This document shows positions 1-9,917 of a DNA stretch of 64,000 nt, in pieces. Made by a program: the position numbers and the translations under genes. This stretch comes from a virus. Taxonomy: Duplodnaviria > Caudoviricetes. Under the pieces are notes generated by a model. That model had not been told where the DNA came from and did not search any database. It saw only the letters and a list, made by a program, of their open reading frames with translations. Numbering within the stretch: the stretch's first letter is position 1; each line of letters begins with the position of its first letter. Location: positions 31,390 to 95,389 of IMG/VR virus record IMGVR_UViG_2930248008_000005. One strand, written 5' to 3'.

Positions 1-420
1 CTGGTCGTAGTCGGACATGGACTCGGCGCGGCTCTGCCACTTGCGCGAGTGGTAGCGCCAGTACGCGGCCTGCTGCCCTTCGGTCATCTGCGCCAGCGGC
101 GTGCCCTCGGGGAATCCGTGCTCACCGTTGCCCGTGGCGGGCGCGGGGTTGGGCTGCGGAACCGGAGGGTTCGTCGGCGGCTGCGGCGCCGGCGCGGGGG
201 CCGGCGGCTGCGGCGTCGGCGCAGGCGGCGTCGGGACCGGGGCAGGCGGCGTCGACGCCTGTTCGCCGGTCGGGGCCGGGGGCTCACCGGTCGGCTGGGA
301 ACCGCCCATGACGGGCCAGATCTCGGTGCCGCGCTTGGTGACGCCGAGTGCCCGCAGAGGCTCGCCCGTGCGCGGGTGAGTCAGGTGCGGGTGAACCGGC
401 AGGTCGGGCTGAAAACGCAT
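1..420 (-). CDS. Head scaffolding protein (runs off the window edge)
   Basis: ATG at 420 with GGGAG RBS. MRFQPDLPVHPHLTHPRTGEPLRALGVTKRGTEIWPVMGG, then a Pro-rich linker and GFPEGTPLAQMTEGQQAAYWRYHSRKWQ, typical of actinophage scaffolds. Lies downstream of portal and MuF. Not in the ORF track. Confidence 0.75.
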   Translation of the reverse strand, partial: MRFQPDLPVHPHLTHPRTGEPLRALGVTKRGTEIWPVMGGSQPTGEPPAPTGEQASTPPAPVPTPPAPTPQPPAPAPAPQPPTNPPVPQPNPAPATGNGEHGFPEGTPLAQMTEGQQAAYWRYHSRKWQSRAESMSDYDQ

Positions 421-467
421 GATCTCCCCATGTCGGGTTGGTCGGATAAGCGCCCATGGCGGGCATG

Positions 468-492
468 AAAAAACCCGCCTCGATGGGCGGGT
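468..492 (-). terminator. Hairpin plus U-tract upstream of the scaffold gene
   Basis: Minus strand reads ACCCGCC-CATCGA-GGCGGGT-TTTTT. Confidence 0.6.
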
Positions 493-511
493 GAGCGGCG
501 CGTTGCGCCTG

Positions 512-1000
512 CTAGGAGCCGGAGATGATGCCCCGGGCTCGAAGGGCGACCAGCAAGGCGTTGAAGTCCGCCACCAAGCCGGCGATGTCCGTTGCGGTGC
601 TGTTGTTGACGGCAGTCGCCGAACCGGTAAGCAGCCCAGCGTGTCCGTGGCTGCCAGCGGCGGCCTGCTGCGCCCCGGTGCCCAGCGTGCGCACCGACGC
701 AGTCGCTGCCGCCTGGTCGGCGGTCAGACCGGCGTGGCTGTGGTTACCGGCGGCGGCCTGCTGCGCCCCGGTGCCGAGCGTGCGCACCGAGGCTGTTCCT
801 GCCGCCTGGTCGGCGGTCAGGCCAGCGTGGCTGTGGTTACCGGCGGCTGCGGTGGTGGCTGTTGTGCCCAGCGAGCGCAGGCTGGCGACGCCCGCCGCGG
901 CGTTGGCGGCCAGCGGGTCGCTGCCGCCCGGCTCGTGAGTGGCGGCGTGCGCTTCCAGGGCGCCGTCGCCTGCGGCCGGTCCGTACACGGTGCGGGTCAC
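512..1000 (-). CDS. Head fibre/decoration-like protein with internal repeats
   Basis: Three (L/V)R(S/T)LGT..AAAG(N/S)H.HAGL repeats and a C-terminal ATDIAGLVADFNALLVALRARGII head-fibre-like motif. Confidence 0.6.
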   Translation of the reverse strand: MTRTVYGPAAGDGALEAHAATHEPGGSDPLAANAAAGVASLRSLGTTATTAAAGNHSHAGLTADQAAGTASVRTLGTGAQQAAAGNHSHAGLTADQAAATASVRTLGTGAQQAAAGSHGHAGLLTGSATAVNNSTATDIAGLVADFNALLVALRARGIISGS

Positions 1001-1275
1001 GCGATCCCCCTCACCGACACCCGGGGCGTCCCGGTGGAGATGAGCTTGACGATCGTGTTGCCGCTGGTCCTGGGGTGCACGATCAGACCACCGATGACTG
1101 CGGGGATCACCTGCGAGCCGGTGCCGCCTACGGTCGGGTTCTGTCCGTCGGTGCGGAAGTAGACGGCTTCGGCACCGTCTACGTTCAGGACCTCCACCTC
1201 GGGGAAGTCCTCGTCGAAGGTCAGCGTGGTGACGGTGTTCGCGGCCAAGGTCGCGTGCTGCGGAGATCCGGCCAT
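997..1275 (-). CDS. Hypothetical virion-associated protein
   Basis: GAGGTG RBS; 4-bp overlap with the next gene. Confidence 0.65.
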   Translation of the reverse strand: MAGSPQHATLAANTVTTLTFDEDFPEVEVLNVDGAEAVYFRTDGQNPTVGGTGSQVIPAVIGGLIVHPRTSGNTIVKLISTGTPRVSVRGIA

Positions 1276-1338
1276 GTCACACCACCTCTCGTGATGCGGC
1301 GGGGTTGGGAACTGGCATGTCGCGACCGGATCCGTCGC

Positions 1339-1746
1339 CTAGGCGGACGCCGGCCGCTCCGCGGTGACCCGGGCGCGTCGACTCGCCTCGCACATCCACC
1401 GCACGGTGTCCTCGTGGGGCCGCTGCGGGACCGTGACGCCGTGGACGTGGAACGACGTGCGCGCGGCCACGTGCTCGTCGAGTCGGCGAGAGATCAGCTC
1501 GTCGAGCTGGCGGACGATCTCCGTCAGCATCTCGGCGGACGCCGTCGGCTCCTCGATCTCCACCGGTTCGCGGGAGACGAGACCGCCAGCGGCACCCACG
1601 GATCGCGCGAACTCGTCGAACCGGCGCGCGAACGCATCGCCCTGGGAGGTGCCGGCGGCCGGATGTCCGTCCACGACGAGCAGGAAGCGGTTGTGCATCG
1701 CTCCGTCGATCATCTGGTCGGGAAGGTTCATGACCTGAATGCGCAC
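1339..1746 (-). CDS. Hypothetical protein
   Basis: ORF in operon orientation with natural amino-acid composition. Confidence 0.55.
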   Translation of the reverse strand: MRIQVMNLPDQMIDGAMHNRFLLVVDGHPAAGTSQGDAFARRFDEFARSVGAAGGLVSREPVEIEEPTASAEMLTEIVRQLDELISRRLDEHVAARTSFHVHGVTVPQRPHEDTVRWMCEASRRARVTAERPASA

Positions 1747-1843
1747 GTCGGCGGGACTCCAAGCTGGGACGCGTGGGGATGGAGAAGGGCCGGACGGCGC
1801 GCATCCCCTCGCGCCGCCCGACCCTGGTCTGTGGACGTGACGG

Positions 1844-3151
1844 CTACACGCGGGCCAGCTGCCCGCGCACGTCGTCGATGAGCCGGTCGGCGTGCTCGAT
1901 GGCCAGCGCCAGGTTCTGCTCGCCGGCGAGATAGCGGCGGCGCAGGTCGGCGGCGTACCGCTCCAGGCCGGGCAGGCGCTCCTCGGGCGGCAGCACCCGG
2001 TAGCGTCGCTGCGCCCGGGCGGCCTGCTTGGCGGTGCGTCGACGGGAACGGCCCCGCTTCAGGGTGTCTGGGGCCTCGGCCACGATCGGACCCAGCTCGC
2101 CGTCCTCGGTAACGACCACCCTGACGTACTTCAGGGCGCCGAACTGCCGCTTGCCGCCGCCGGTGCTGCCGGCAGCCTTGTACAGCCGCTGCAGGTCCTC
2201 GTCGTTGAGCTGCAACCCCGGGTCCGCGGTGCGCCGCACCGGCAGGACTGCGCAGTTGCAGTTGGCGTGGATCTCCTTGAGGTGCTCGCGGTGGTAGAGC
2301 CGGTCGGCCGCCACCACACACAAGCCGCACGAGAGCTTGCTCTTCGACAGCTCGGGCCGCAGGATCCGACGCCAGCCGATGATCTCCCGGTCGTCGAGCT
2401 GGGTGAAGAACTCGTGCTCCTGCTCGCGGGCGGCCAGCGCGATGTCGGTCTTGGCGATGGTCTCCGCCCGGTCGAGCGCGGCCTTCTTCGCCTTCTCCTT
2501 CGTCACGCCCGTCGACACCTGGTAGCGGTACTCGGCGGCGATGCGCGAGTAGACCTCGACCATGTCGATCGGCTCGAAGTCGCCCAGCCGCGGATCCGGC
2601 TCGCGCAGCACAGGGCGGCGCGGCCGGTCGACGTCCTCGCGCTCGGGCTCCACGTCCGGGTCGAACGCCGGGTCCTCCCAGATCCCGTCGTCGTCCCAGG
2701 TGTCGTCGTCGGCCCACACATCGTCGTCGAACGGGTAGTCGTCGTCGAAGTAGTCGCCGATGCCCAGCTCGCCGGACGGAATGACCTCCAGGTCGTCGAT
2801 GTCGTCGACCACGTCGGCCAGCTCGTCGGTGAGGGCTCGCCGCAGCCGGGTGACATCCACCGCGCCGACCGGACGGTGCGTCCGGCCGGTCATCGTGGTC
2901 ATCACCCGCGCCAGGTAGGCGTCGGTGACCTCAGCCATGCGCCGCTGCGCGGGCTGCACCACCCGCAGCGCCTCCAGGGCGGCCACGGCGATCAGCCCGG
3001 TGTCGTACCAGTTGCGCAGCACCCGGAACGGCGCCAGCGCACCTGTCACCGCGAGCTGCGTGAGCTGCTCCCGGATCGTCGCGTACGTCTCGACCAGCGC
3101 GTAGATCTGCGCCAGCTCGGCGGCCGTGAGCTGACCGTCGCGGGTGGGCAC
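1844..3151 (-). CDS. MuF-like minor capsid / actinophage 'capsid maturation' protein
   Basis: GWRRILRPELSK..SCGLCVVAADRLY...IHANCNCAVLP motif; directly downstream of portal. Confidence 0.75.
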   Translation of the reverse strand: MPTRDGQLTAAELAQIYALVETYATIREQLTQLAVTGALAPFRVLRNWYDTGLIAVAALEALRVVQPAQRRMAEVTDAYLARVMTTMTGRTHRPVGAVDVTRLRRALTDELADVVDDIDDLEVIPSGELGIGDYFDDDYPFDDDVWADDDTWDDDGIWEDPAFDPDVEPEREDVDRPRRPVLREPDPRLGDFEPIDMVEVYSRIAAEYRYQVSTGVTKEKAKKAALDRAETIAKTDIALAAREQEHEFFTQLDDREIIGWRRILRPELSKSKLSCGLCVVAADRLYHREHLKEIHANCNCAVLPVRRTADPGLQLNDEDLQRLYKAAGSTGGGKRQFGALKYVRVVVTEDGELGPIVAEAPDTLKRGRSRRRTAKQAARAQRRYRVLPPEERLPGLERYAADLRRRYLAGEQNLALAIEHADRLIDDVRGQLARV

Positions 3152-3152
3152 G

Positions 3153-4751
3153 TCAGCTCACCTCCGCGCGGCTCCTCCTGGCTGTCGGCAAGCCCTGCGT
3201 CGGGTTGGCCAGCGGGTCATCCGGCGTCGGAACGTCCGGCACGCCCGGCGCGGCGCGACCGCGCTGCGGCCGAGAGCCCGGCGGACCCTGTGGCGCCAGA
3301 TCTGTGCCTGCCAGCTGCGCGGCCTGCGCGGCCAGCTGAGCCTCGAAAAGCAGCTCGTCGGCGCGCTCCGCGGCCATCCGGTCGATGTCGCCGGGCGAGA
3401 ACTCCCAGATCGTCGACATGCGGGTGCGCCACGGGATGTCGGTGGCCTTGCTCGCGGAGTCCGCGCGCTCGATCAGTGACAGCCGGTGCGGGGAGCGCCA
3501 CAGCACCTGCAGCTTGGCGAGGTCTGCGCGATCGACCTGGCGCAGCTGCTCGAAGGCGAGGCTCATCACCCACGCCCACGGGTGGGACGTGCGGGTGATC
3601 CGGTCCTCGACCTTGAACACCAGCTCCTCGCGCTGCAGCATCGCGCCCTCGGCGCTCTGGTTCGCGCCGCTCGGCATGAAGCTGTGCATCGGGGTCTTGG
3701 ACACGCCGGCGAGCGTCTGGATGTCGTCCTTGACGGCGCTGAGGATGCCAGTCAGGTCGACCTGGCCGGACTCCCAGATGTCGGCGCTGGCCGGCAGCAG
3801 CCAGAGCGCCGCCGGGTCCATGGAGAAGACCTGGCTGTAGTCGATCCTCTGGCCCGCCTTCGGGTGTCCCGCCGGGTACTCCAGCGGGACGCCTTTCACG
3901 GCCCGCTGCTTGTAGGCCTGCAGGACGGTGATCGTCATCCGCTGCAAGATCACGTTGTTGATCCGGTTGAGCAGATCGATGTGCTGCTCGAACTCGCCGA
4001 GCCCGTCCTCGTTGACGAACCGGACCACCGGCATGCGGTTGTGCGGGAGCGTCTGCCCCTCCGCCCCGCCGCGCTCGGTGTCCCAGTCCCAGGTGCGCGG
4101 ATCGAACGACAGCACCAGCGACGAAAGCACCTGGTGGGGCGAACGATCGGTCGGCGCCCACCCGGCCAGGCCGAGCCTGCTCTTCCGTGTCGCCACGTAG
4201 ACCTTGCCCGGCAGGTAGACGTACGCGCGGTCAACGCCGTCGACGTCGTCATGCTGGATCTTGAGCGCCGCCAGTGGGCGCCACGGGATCCGAGGGTCCG
4301 GCTCGGCGACCATCGTCCGCGGGTCTTCGGCGGTGATAACCGGAGCGCCGGTCTCCTCGTCGACGGGGCCCACGATGACGTAGGCCTCACCCATCGTCAG
4401 CATCATGCGGTGCAGGTCGGCCGAGCGGACGTCCATGCCGGCGCGCTTCCACAGCGCGGCGGCGTCGGCGTCACCGGTCTCGTCGTCGTCCACCGCGGTC
4501 CTGAATCCAGTCGGCGTCATCCGTTCCGACACCGCGCTGACGATCAGGCCCGCGAAGTTCGAGCGGCTCTGCTTGAGGAAGATCCGGAAGCTCTCTCGGG
4601 CCGCTTCCAGCCCGTCGGGCAGAGGGGCCTCGCCGCGGCCGAAGTCGTACAGCAGCTGTAGCCGGTTGCGCCGGTTGCGGTCCGCGAGCTGGTTGAACAG
4701 CCTGTGCAGCCACCACCCCGGAGAGCGCCGCTGACTGACGTCGATCGCCAC
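3153..4751 (-). CDS. Portal protein (SPP1 gp6-like, actinophage type)
   Basis: SRSNFAGLIVSAVSERM, PVVRFVN..GLGEFEQHIDLLNRIN and NQSAEGA motifs; follows terminase. Confidence 0.9.
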   Translation of the reverse strand: MAIDVSQRRSPGWWLHRLFNQLADRNRRNRLQLLYDFGRGEAPLPDGLEAARESFRIFLKQSRSNFAGLIVSAVSERMTPTGFRTAVDDDETGDADAAALWKRAGMDVRSADLHRMMLTMGEAYVIVGPVDEETGAPVITAEDPRTMVAEPDPRIPWRPLAALKIQHDDVDGVDRAYVYLPGKVYVATRKSRLGLAGWAPTDRSPHQVLSSLVLSFDPRTWDWDTERGGAEGQTLPHNRMPVVRFVNEDGLGEFEQHIDLLNRINNVILQRMTITVLQAYKQRAVKGVPLEYPAGHPKAGQRIDYSQVFSMDPAALWLLPASADIWESGQVDLTGILSAVKDDIQTLAGVSKTPMHSFMPSGANQSAEGAMLQREELVFKVEDRITRTSHPWAWVMSLAFEQLRQVDRADLAKLQVLWRSPHRLSLIERADSASKATDIPWRTRMSTIWEFSPGDIDRMAAERADELLFEAQLAAQAAQLAGTDLAPQGPPGSRPQRGRAAPGVPDVPTPDDPLANPTQGLPTARRSRAEVS

Positions 4752-4853
4752 CGACACCCCCTCTCGGGCTGGTTGCTGCACTCAGGCCCACAACACCGTC
4801 TCGGGACGCACTGGGCGGTGGACTGGCCCGCCGGCTCGCATCTGGCGGGCCGG

Positions 4854-5249
4854 TCACTTTTCGCGGCCCTGCAAGGCCAGCTCGCCGGCGCGCTCGATGG
4901 CGCGCCAGCAGGCGGGGTGGTTCCGGAGACATCGCCCGGCATGCCACCGGGCGTCGCACACGGCGCAGCAGCCCGGCAGGTCGTAGTCGATCTGTGGCCA
5001 GCGGCGCCCGCTGCGCACCCTGCGACTCAGCGCCACATCCCATGGCGCCGGCAGCGGAGCCCACCTGTCGAAGGCGACGCATGCGGCCGTCCAGGCGCTC
5101 TGCAGCTCGCTCTCGATGCTCCAGCGCAACCAGTCCATCGGCCCGCCGAAGACGCCCGCAGGATGCCCGCGCGCAGCGGCCCATCGGGCGCGCCGGCGGG
5201 CCTGGCGATAGTCGCGGAGGATGATCACGGGCACCCCCTCAGCGGACAC
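4854..5249 (-). CDS. Hypothetical protein
   Basis: Fills the gap between terL and portal; overlaps the terL stop. Confidence 0.45.
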   Translation of the reverse strand: MSAEGVPVIILRDYRQARRRARWAAARGHPAGVFGGPMDWLRWSIESELQSAWTAACVAFDRWAPLPAPWDVALSRRVRSGRRWPQIDYDLPGCCAVCDARWHAGRCLRNHPACWRAIERAGELALQGREK

Positions 5250-6936
5250 GCATCGGGACGAAGCTCATCCCGTCGTCAGCGCCGACGCCGGCCGCGACGC
5301 AGTCGCCCCGAGCTTCGTAGGCGAGCACGGCAGCCATGGCACCATCGATCTTTTTCGGACTTTTCGGAAAATCCTTCGAGATGGTGATGCCCGCCCGAGA
5401 GACGCGACGGCGAGCATTAAGAACGTGCGTCTTCAGCGTTGACGCGCGGGCCTTGGCGTCCTCGTCGTCCAGCTCGAACTCGGGGGTGTAGGACAGTGTC
5501 TGCAACTGGACCGCCTCGTAGAAGCGCTCCAGGGCGGCCACGATCGCCCGAGGTCGGTTCGTCCACCATTCCAAGGGTCGACCCTGGGTGGCCTTGACGA
5601 GCATCTGCTCGCCGTACTCCGAGGTCCACTTGTCGCACCACTCCTGCATGTACGGCGGGTCCATGAAGAAGGCCGCGACGCGGAAGCGCTGCATCGTGCT
5701 CGTTACCAGGGCGTCGACAGCGGCGCTGTCCACGCGCCAGTCGTCGCCGAGGTAGTCGGCCGGCCGCTGGAAGACGCCGAGAAGCTCCAGATGCCCGTCG
5801 GAGATCCTGCAGGCAACGAGCGCGACCGCATCGTCCCGGACGGCGCCGTCGAGTCCGAGCGCGACCAGGTCGCCGTCGACGAGGCGCTTGTCCGGACGCT
5901 TGCACGCCGCCCACTCCTCTGCCGCGATCCAGGCGTCGGATGCCGAGGTCTGGGCGTTCAGGAAGTACCGACGGGAGTCCGCGACCTGCTTGCGCGGGTC
6001 GTAGAACTCGTCGATGATCGCTTCGATGTCCTGCCAGGCAATCGCCTCGCCGAACGCTTCCTCGATCGCGACCCGCAGCTGGTCGGCCTTCGTCAGGTCG
6101 CTGACCTCGCCCCAGCGATGGTCATAGAGCAACCTCGATCGCCTGGTGCGGCCCTCCTTGATGGCCTCGGCCAACTCGAAGGTGCTCTCCGCGACGCTGT
6201 TCTCCCCAGGGGCGAACATGGTCGTCGTTTCCAGGTACCAGGTGCCCTCGGCCTTGCGCTTGAGCAGGTTGCGGCTCGTGGTGTCGTACATGCGCCGCAG
6301 CTCAGGGGTCGTATAGAGATGCGTCTCATCGAAGGCCACGAATGTTTCGAGGCCACCGTCCTTCGAGGCGGACGACGCGGTCGACGGCCGAATTTCCCCG
6401 CCCTCCGGCAGGAACACCCGGGTCAGGCCGGCGTCAACGCCAGGGACGTGCGCGAGCGGGCACGACGGGTCGGTCAGGTTGTAGTAGACCGAGTCGTAGA
6501 TATTCCCGCTTTGCCCCTCTTCGGTCGCCATGATCCGGACCATCGGGTACGCCACCGGCTTGCCCATCGGCTCGCCCGGCTCGTAGCGGTAGGTGAAGCC
6601 GAGCCCCCACGGGTCCCGGTAGACTTCGCCGCCCTTCGCCCAGCCAGCGAACCGACACGGACCGAGCGCCTCGAAGAGCGCGAACCGCGCCGCCAAACCG
6701 CTTTTGTCGCAACCCTTCGGCCGCGAGAAGAACACCGAGTCGTACGGTGAGCGGCCGTTCTCATCGAGCGCGTAGACGTCGACGACGAAGCCCATCATCT
6801 CGTCGCCGTGGCGGATCGGCTGGCCGATAACGCCGCCCCTGCCGTGGCGGACGAACCACTCCATCCAGGCATTGGCGAGCCACCCAAGGCTGCGGGTGCG
6901 GGTGGTGCCCGGGGCGCGCACCAGTGTGCGCGGCAT
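5239..6936 (-). CDS. terL: Terminase large subunit
   Basis: SRPKGCDKS Walker A, VAFDETH Walker B, LGLDGA...DD RNase H-like nuclease motif, C-terminal KKIDGAMA. Confidence 0.95.
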   Translation of the reverse strand: MPRTLVRAPGTTRTRSLGWLANAWMEWFVRHGRGGVIGQPIRHGDEMMGFVVDVYALDENGRSPYDSVFFSRPKGCDKSGLAARFALFEALGPCRFAGWAKGGEVYRDPWGLGFTYRYEPGEPMGKPVAYPMVRIMATEEGQSGNIYDSVYYNLTDPSCPLAHVPGVDAGLTRVFLPEGGEIRPSTASSASKDGGLETFVAFDETHLYTTPELRRMYDTTSRNLLKRKAEGTWYLETTTMFAPGENSVAESTFELAEAIKEGRTRRSRLLYDHRWGEVSDLTKADQLRVAIEEAFGEAIAWQDIEAIIDEFYDPRKQVADSRRYFLNAQTSASDAWIAAEEWAACKRPDKRLVDGDLVALGLDGAVRDDAVALVACRISDGHLELLGVFQRPADYLGDDWRVDSAAVDALVTSTMQRFRVAAFFMDPPYMQEWCDKWTSEYGEQMLVKATQGRPLEWWTNRPRAIVAALERFYEAVQLQTLSYTPEFELDDEDAKARASTLKTHVLNARRRVSRAGITISKDFPKSPKKIDGAMAAVLAYEARGDCVAAGVGADDGMSFVPMRVR

Positions 6937-6939
6937 GCG

Positions 6940-7428
6940 TCAGCCCGCCGCGACGCGGGCGCGACGCGAGTCGATACCCACGACGTTCCCGCCGAACTCG
7001 CCAGGAGCCGTCGCCGGCGACGGCTCCTCCTCGACCTCGTCGACCGGGTCTACGTACCGGATCATCAGCTTGCGGCGCGCCTCGCGGGTGGTGCCCATCT
7101 GGTCCTCGCGCCGGCGGATCTCGGTGCTCTTGGTCGAGTGCACGACGCCCGAGTGGTACTCGGCCCACCAGTCGTTCTTCATGTACGCCGTCTCCAGGGC
7201 GAACACCCAGTCCGACGGCTCCCAGAGAACGCAGTGCGGCATGCGACACACCTGCTCCCACCACGCCTCCACCTCGGGCAGCCACTTCGGGCCACCACGC
7301 TTGGGCTTCGGCAAGTCGAGGGACGGACCCTCGTACGGCAGGTTGACGACCTCGGTCCAGTCCCCAGAGGGGGCCCGTCCGTGCTTGTTGGCCTTGGCGG
7401 CCGGGCCGGTCTTGGCCATGATGATCAA
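6940..7428 (-). CDS. terS: Terminase small subunit
   Basis: Immediately upstream of terL; W...WW...P....W..SDW.FA...A and EIRRRE..MGTT...R motifs of actinophage TerS. Confidence 0.8.
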   Translation of the reverse strand: MIIMAKTGPAAKANKHGRAPSGDWTEVVNLPYEGPSLDLPKPKRGGPKWLPEVEAWWEQVCRMPHCVLWEPSDWVFALETAYMKNDWWAEYHSGVVHSTKSTEIRRREDQMGTTREARRKLMIRYVDPVDEVEEEPSPATAPGEFGGNVVGIDSRRARVAAG

Positions 7429-7492
7429 CTCCCATGGCGGGAAGGAGCCGCGGCGCCCATGCCGGGGCCGCGACTCGTGGAAGGTGCAGAAG

Positions 7493-7861
7493 TCAGGGCT
7501 GCAGAAGCGGCGTCTGCGCCGTCAGCGGCACCTCGTCGAGGTGCTCGCCCTCCACCACCAGGTGCAGCAGGTGGGGATCGTTGGTGACGTACATCCGGAC
7601 CGCGCGAGTCCCAGGCGGCAGCCGCAGGGCGTTGGCGAGCTGCGGCATCGAGAGCGTGACCTTCGCCCGTCGAGACGTCTCCGGCGTCAGCGCGCTCGTC
7701 AGCTCTGCGCACGTCGAGCAGTCCCGGTGCGCCTCGACCACCGCCGGGTTCTTCGTCATCGCCCGCAGGGTCGCCCCCGGGTTCGCGCGCATGTCAGCGT
7801 GGACCTCGTCCGGCGCGAACGGGCTGTACCTGCGCATCTCCATGCCGCCGAAGCCGCTCAT
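7493..7861 (-). CDS. Hypothetical protein
   Basis: ATGA overlap with the upstream gene; GGAGG RBS. Confidence 0.6.
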   Translation of the reverse strand: MSGFGGMEMRRYSPFAPDEVHADMRANPGATLRAMTKNPAVVEAHRDCSTCAELTSALTPETSRRAKVTLSMPQLANALRLPPGTRAVRMYVTNDPHLLHLVVEGEHLDEVPLTAQTPLLQP

Positions 7862-8415
7862 GCTGCCTCCTCGGGGGCGTCGAGAACCTCGACCTGGACC
7901 GGGCCCTGGGAGTAGATGTCGCGCCGGCAGGCAATGTCGGCGGCACCCGCCACCGCGGCAGCCGTCGGCACGTCGGTGGCCAGGAAGGCGTCCAGCGCGC
8001 CAAGCGCGACCGCCTCACCGGAGCCGATCGCCGCGCGGCCGTCCAGGTGCGCCAGGGCGGTGTGGTGGTGCAGCGTCCAGAGCAGGCCGTTCCAGCCGAG
8101 CAGCAGATGGTTGTCCATCTGCCCGTCGTCGACGATGCCAGCCTCGACCGCGGCCTTCGTGATGACGCCAGCCAGCTCGTGCGCCCAAGCCTGATAGCTC
8201 TCGCTCTCATCCGGCGCAACCGGCAGCTTCAGCTTCGACAGGAAGCCCGACAAGCCCCAGTGGCCGGACAGTCCGAGCAGGACCTCGTCGTCGCCAGCGT
8301 CCAGGCGCAGGATCTTCATGCCGAGTCCGACGACCGGCCGGTTGTAGAGCGTCAGGCAGCTGTCCGCCGCCATGAAGACCTTGCCGTCGACCGCAGCAGC
8401 GACCACCGTCGTCAC
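7858..8415 (-). CDS. Ntn-hydrolase (HslV/proteasome beta-like) peptidase
   Basis: N-terminal (M)TTVVA..DGKVFMAADS, conserved K, AIGSG and D.YS motifs. Confidence 0.75.
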   Translation of the reverse strand: MTTVVAAAVDGKVFMAADSCLTLYNRPVVGLGMKILRLDAGDDEVLLGLSGHWGLSGFLSKLKLPVAPDESESYQAWAHELAGVITKAAVEAGIVDDGQMDNHLLLGWNGLLWTLHHHTALAHLDGRAAIGSGEAVALGALDAFLATDVPTAAAVAGAADIACRRDIYSQGPVQVEVLDAPEEAA

Positions 8416-8436
8416 CGTACCTCCAGAGGCTCGGGA

Positions 8437-8739
8437 CTACAGCAGTCCGGGATGCTTGCCGACCGGTCGGCGCTCGCGCGGTCGCGCGGCAGCGCCCTCT
8501 CGGCCACTCTTCGAGCTGTGGTGTCCAGGGCAGAGCCACTGGAGGTTGTCGAGGGTGTGCAGGTCTCCGGCCTCGACGTGGTCGCAGTCTCGGCCAGCCA
8601 GCGGGCAGCGGCGACCGTCGTCGCCGACGTGCTCACATCGGCCGCCGGCGCGCTCACGCACCTCGGCCCGCAGCTGCTGCCAGTTCGGCGGCAGGCGCCG
8701 CCGGCGAGTGCTTCCCGCCCACTTCCCGGACACCGACAC
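8437..8739 (-). CDS. HNH endonuclease (packaging-associated)
   Basis: RCE...C...DCDH.......DNLQWLC.GHH..KS. Confidence 0.85.
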   Translation of the reverse strand: MSVSGKWAGSTRRRRLPPNWQQLRAEVRERAGGRCEHVGDDGRRCPLAGRDCDHVEAGDLHTLDNLQWLCPGHHSSKSGREGAAARPRERRPVGKHPGLL

Positions 8740-8757
8740 CTCCTTGCCGGCGCGCGG

Positions 8758-8991
8758 TCAGCCGCGGTCGCCCTCCCCCTGGTCCTCGTGCACCTGGGAG
8801 GTAGTCAGGAAGTCGGCGGCCACGATCGTGATGGCCAGGCATGAGAGGAACAGCATCAGCTGCTCGAATGGAGCGAACTTGCCCTGGTACGACCAGACCC
8901 ACCAGGCCGACGCCGGCCAGCCGACGATCGACCCGATCAACAGCACCCAGGCGACCCGGGTGCGGATCCTCTTCGTTCGTGGCGACGTCAC
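8758..8991 (-). CDS. Small two-TM membrane protein
   Basis: GTGA overlap with the upstream gene; two hydrophobic segments. Confidence 0.6.
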   Translation of the reverse strand: MTSPRTKRIRTRVAWVLLIGSIVGWPASAWWVWSYQGKFAPFEQLMLFLSCLAITIVAADFLTTSQVHEDQGEGDRG

Positions 8992-9359
8992 GCAGCGACC
9001 AGGGTGGAACGAGAACGCGGCGGGCGGGCTTCCTGCTGGGCCGCCCCAGTGCTCGGCGCCTGCCGCTCCTCGTGCGCGCGGACGCGGGAGGAAGAAGGAG
9101 TCGCTCGGAGCTGGGCTGCGGGCCTCGTGCCGCCTCGCCGCGAGTTCGGGTTGTGCGCGGTATCGCGCTCGGCGTCGAGGATGTCCCCGAGCCTGTAGAG
9201 CAGGTTGCCGTTCGCCAGCCGCTTCGTGGTCAGGAACTGGCGCTCTCCAGCGTCGTTCAGCCAGCCCCGAGCACGCCACTTGCCGATCGAATCGGGGCTC
9301 ACGGCGGTCACCATCGCGGCTTGGGCGCGGGTGACGAAGGCGTCCCGGTTGATCCGCAT
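8988..9359 (-). CDS. HTH DNA-binding protein (MerR/excisionase-like fold)
   Basis: VTRAQAA...VSPDSIGKWRARG...LYRLGDILDAE; GGAGGTG RBS. Confidence 0.7.
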   Translation of the reverse strand: MRINRDAFVTRAQAAMVTAVSPDSIGKWRARGWLNDAGERQFLTTKRLANGNLLYRLGDILDAERDTAHNPNSRRGGTRPAAQLRATPSSSRVRAHEERQAPSTGAAQQEARPPRSRSTLVAA

Positions 9360-9499
9360 CAGTCACCTCCCATGGAAACACTGAAGCCCCAGACCACTGT
9401 TGGCCTGGGGCTTCGTGCGCCGTGTGGGTAGAGATCACCCGTGAGCACACGATGACACGAACCGGGCAGAAACGGCAACTGACACGGAAATTCGATCAC

Positions 9500-9590
9500 C
9501 CAAAGTTTTCGAACCCGGACGCACCGCGAGGCCCAGAACGTACCGGTGCCGCGCGGCCCCGGGGGGGAGGGTACCCCCCCGGGGTATGGC
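9500..9590. other. Putative cos/genome-end packaging region
   Basis: Non-coding GGGGGGGAGGGTACCCCCCCGGGG tract between divergent arms, upstream of HNH/terS. Confidence 0.4.
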
Positions 9591-9917
9591 GGGCAGGGTT
9601 GGGCATCGTCCGGCAGGCAGGTCGGCCGGGTCAATCGTCCGAACGGGGGACAGCGAAATTCATACGTTCGTCAGCGTGTCCGATTCGGGGGGATACGTGG
9701 GTATCTAGATAAACGTCTAAAAGGCCCTCAGAGCCACGCTGAACGACTTTCACGAGGTGGCCGGTATGGAGACATGCACGGAGTCAAGATCAATTCGATA
9801 TCGGTAAATGTCCTCTAGCTATTGACTACCGGTCGGTAATGGTGTTCGATCGCGCGCCGCGCGCCGCGCACAACGCACACAAGACAACACAGTCTCAGGT
9901 CTGAAAAGGCGATCCGA

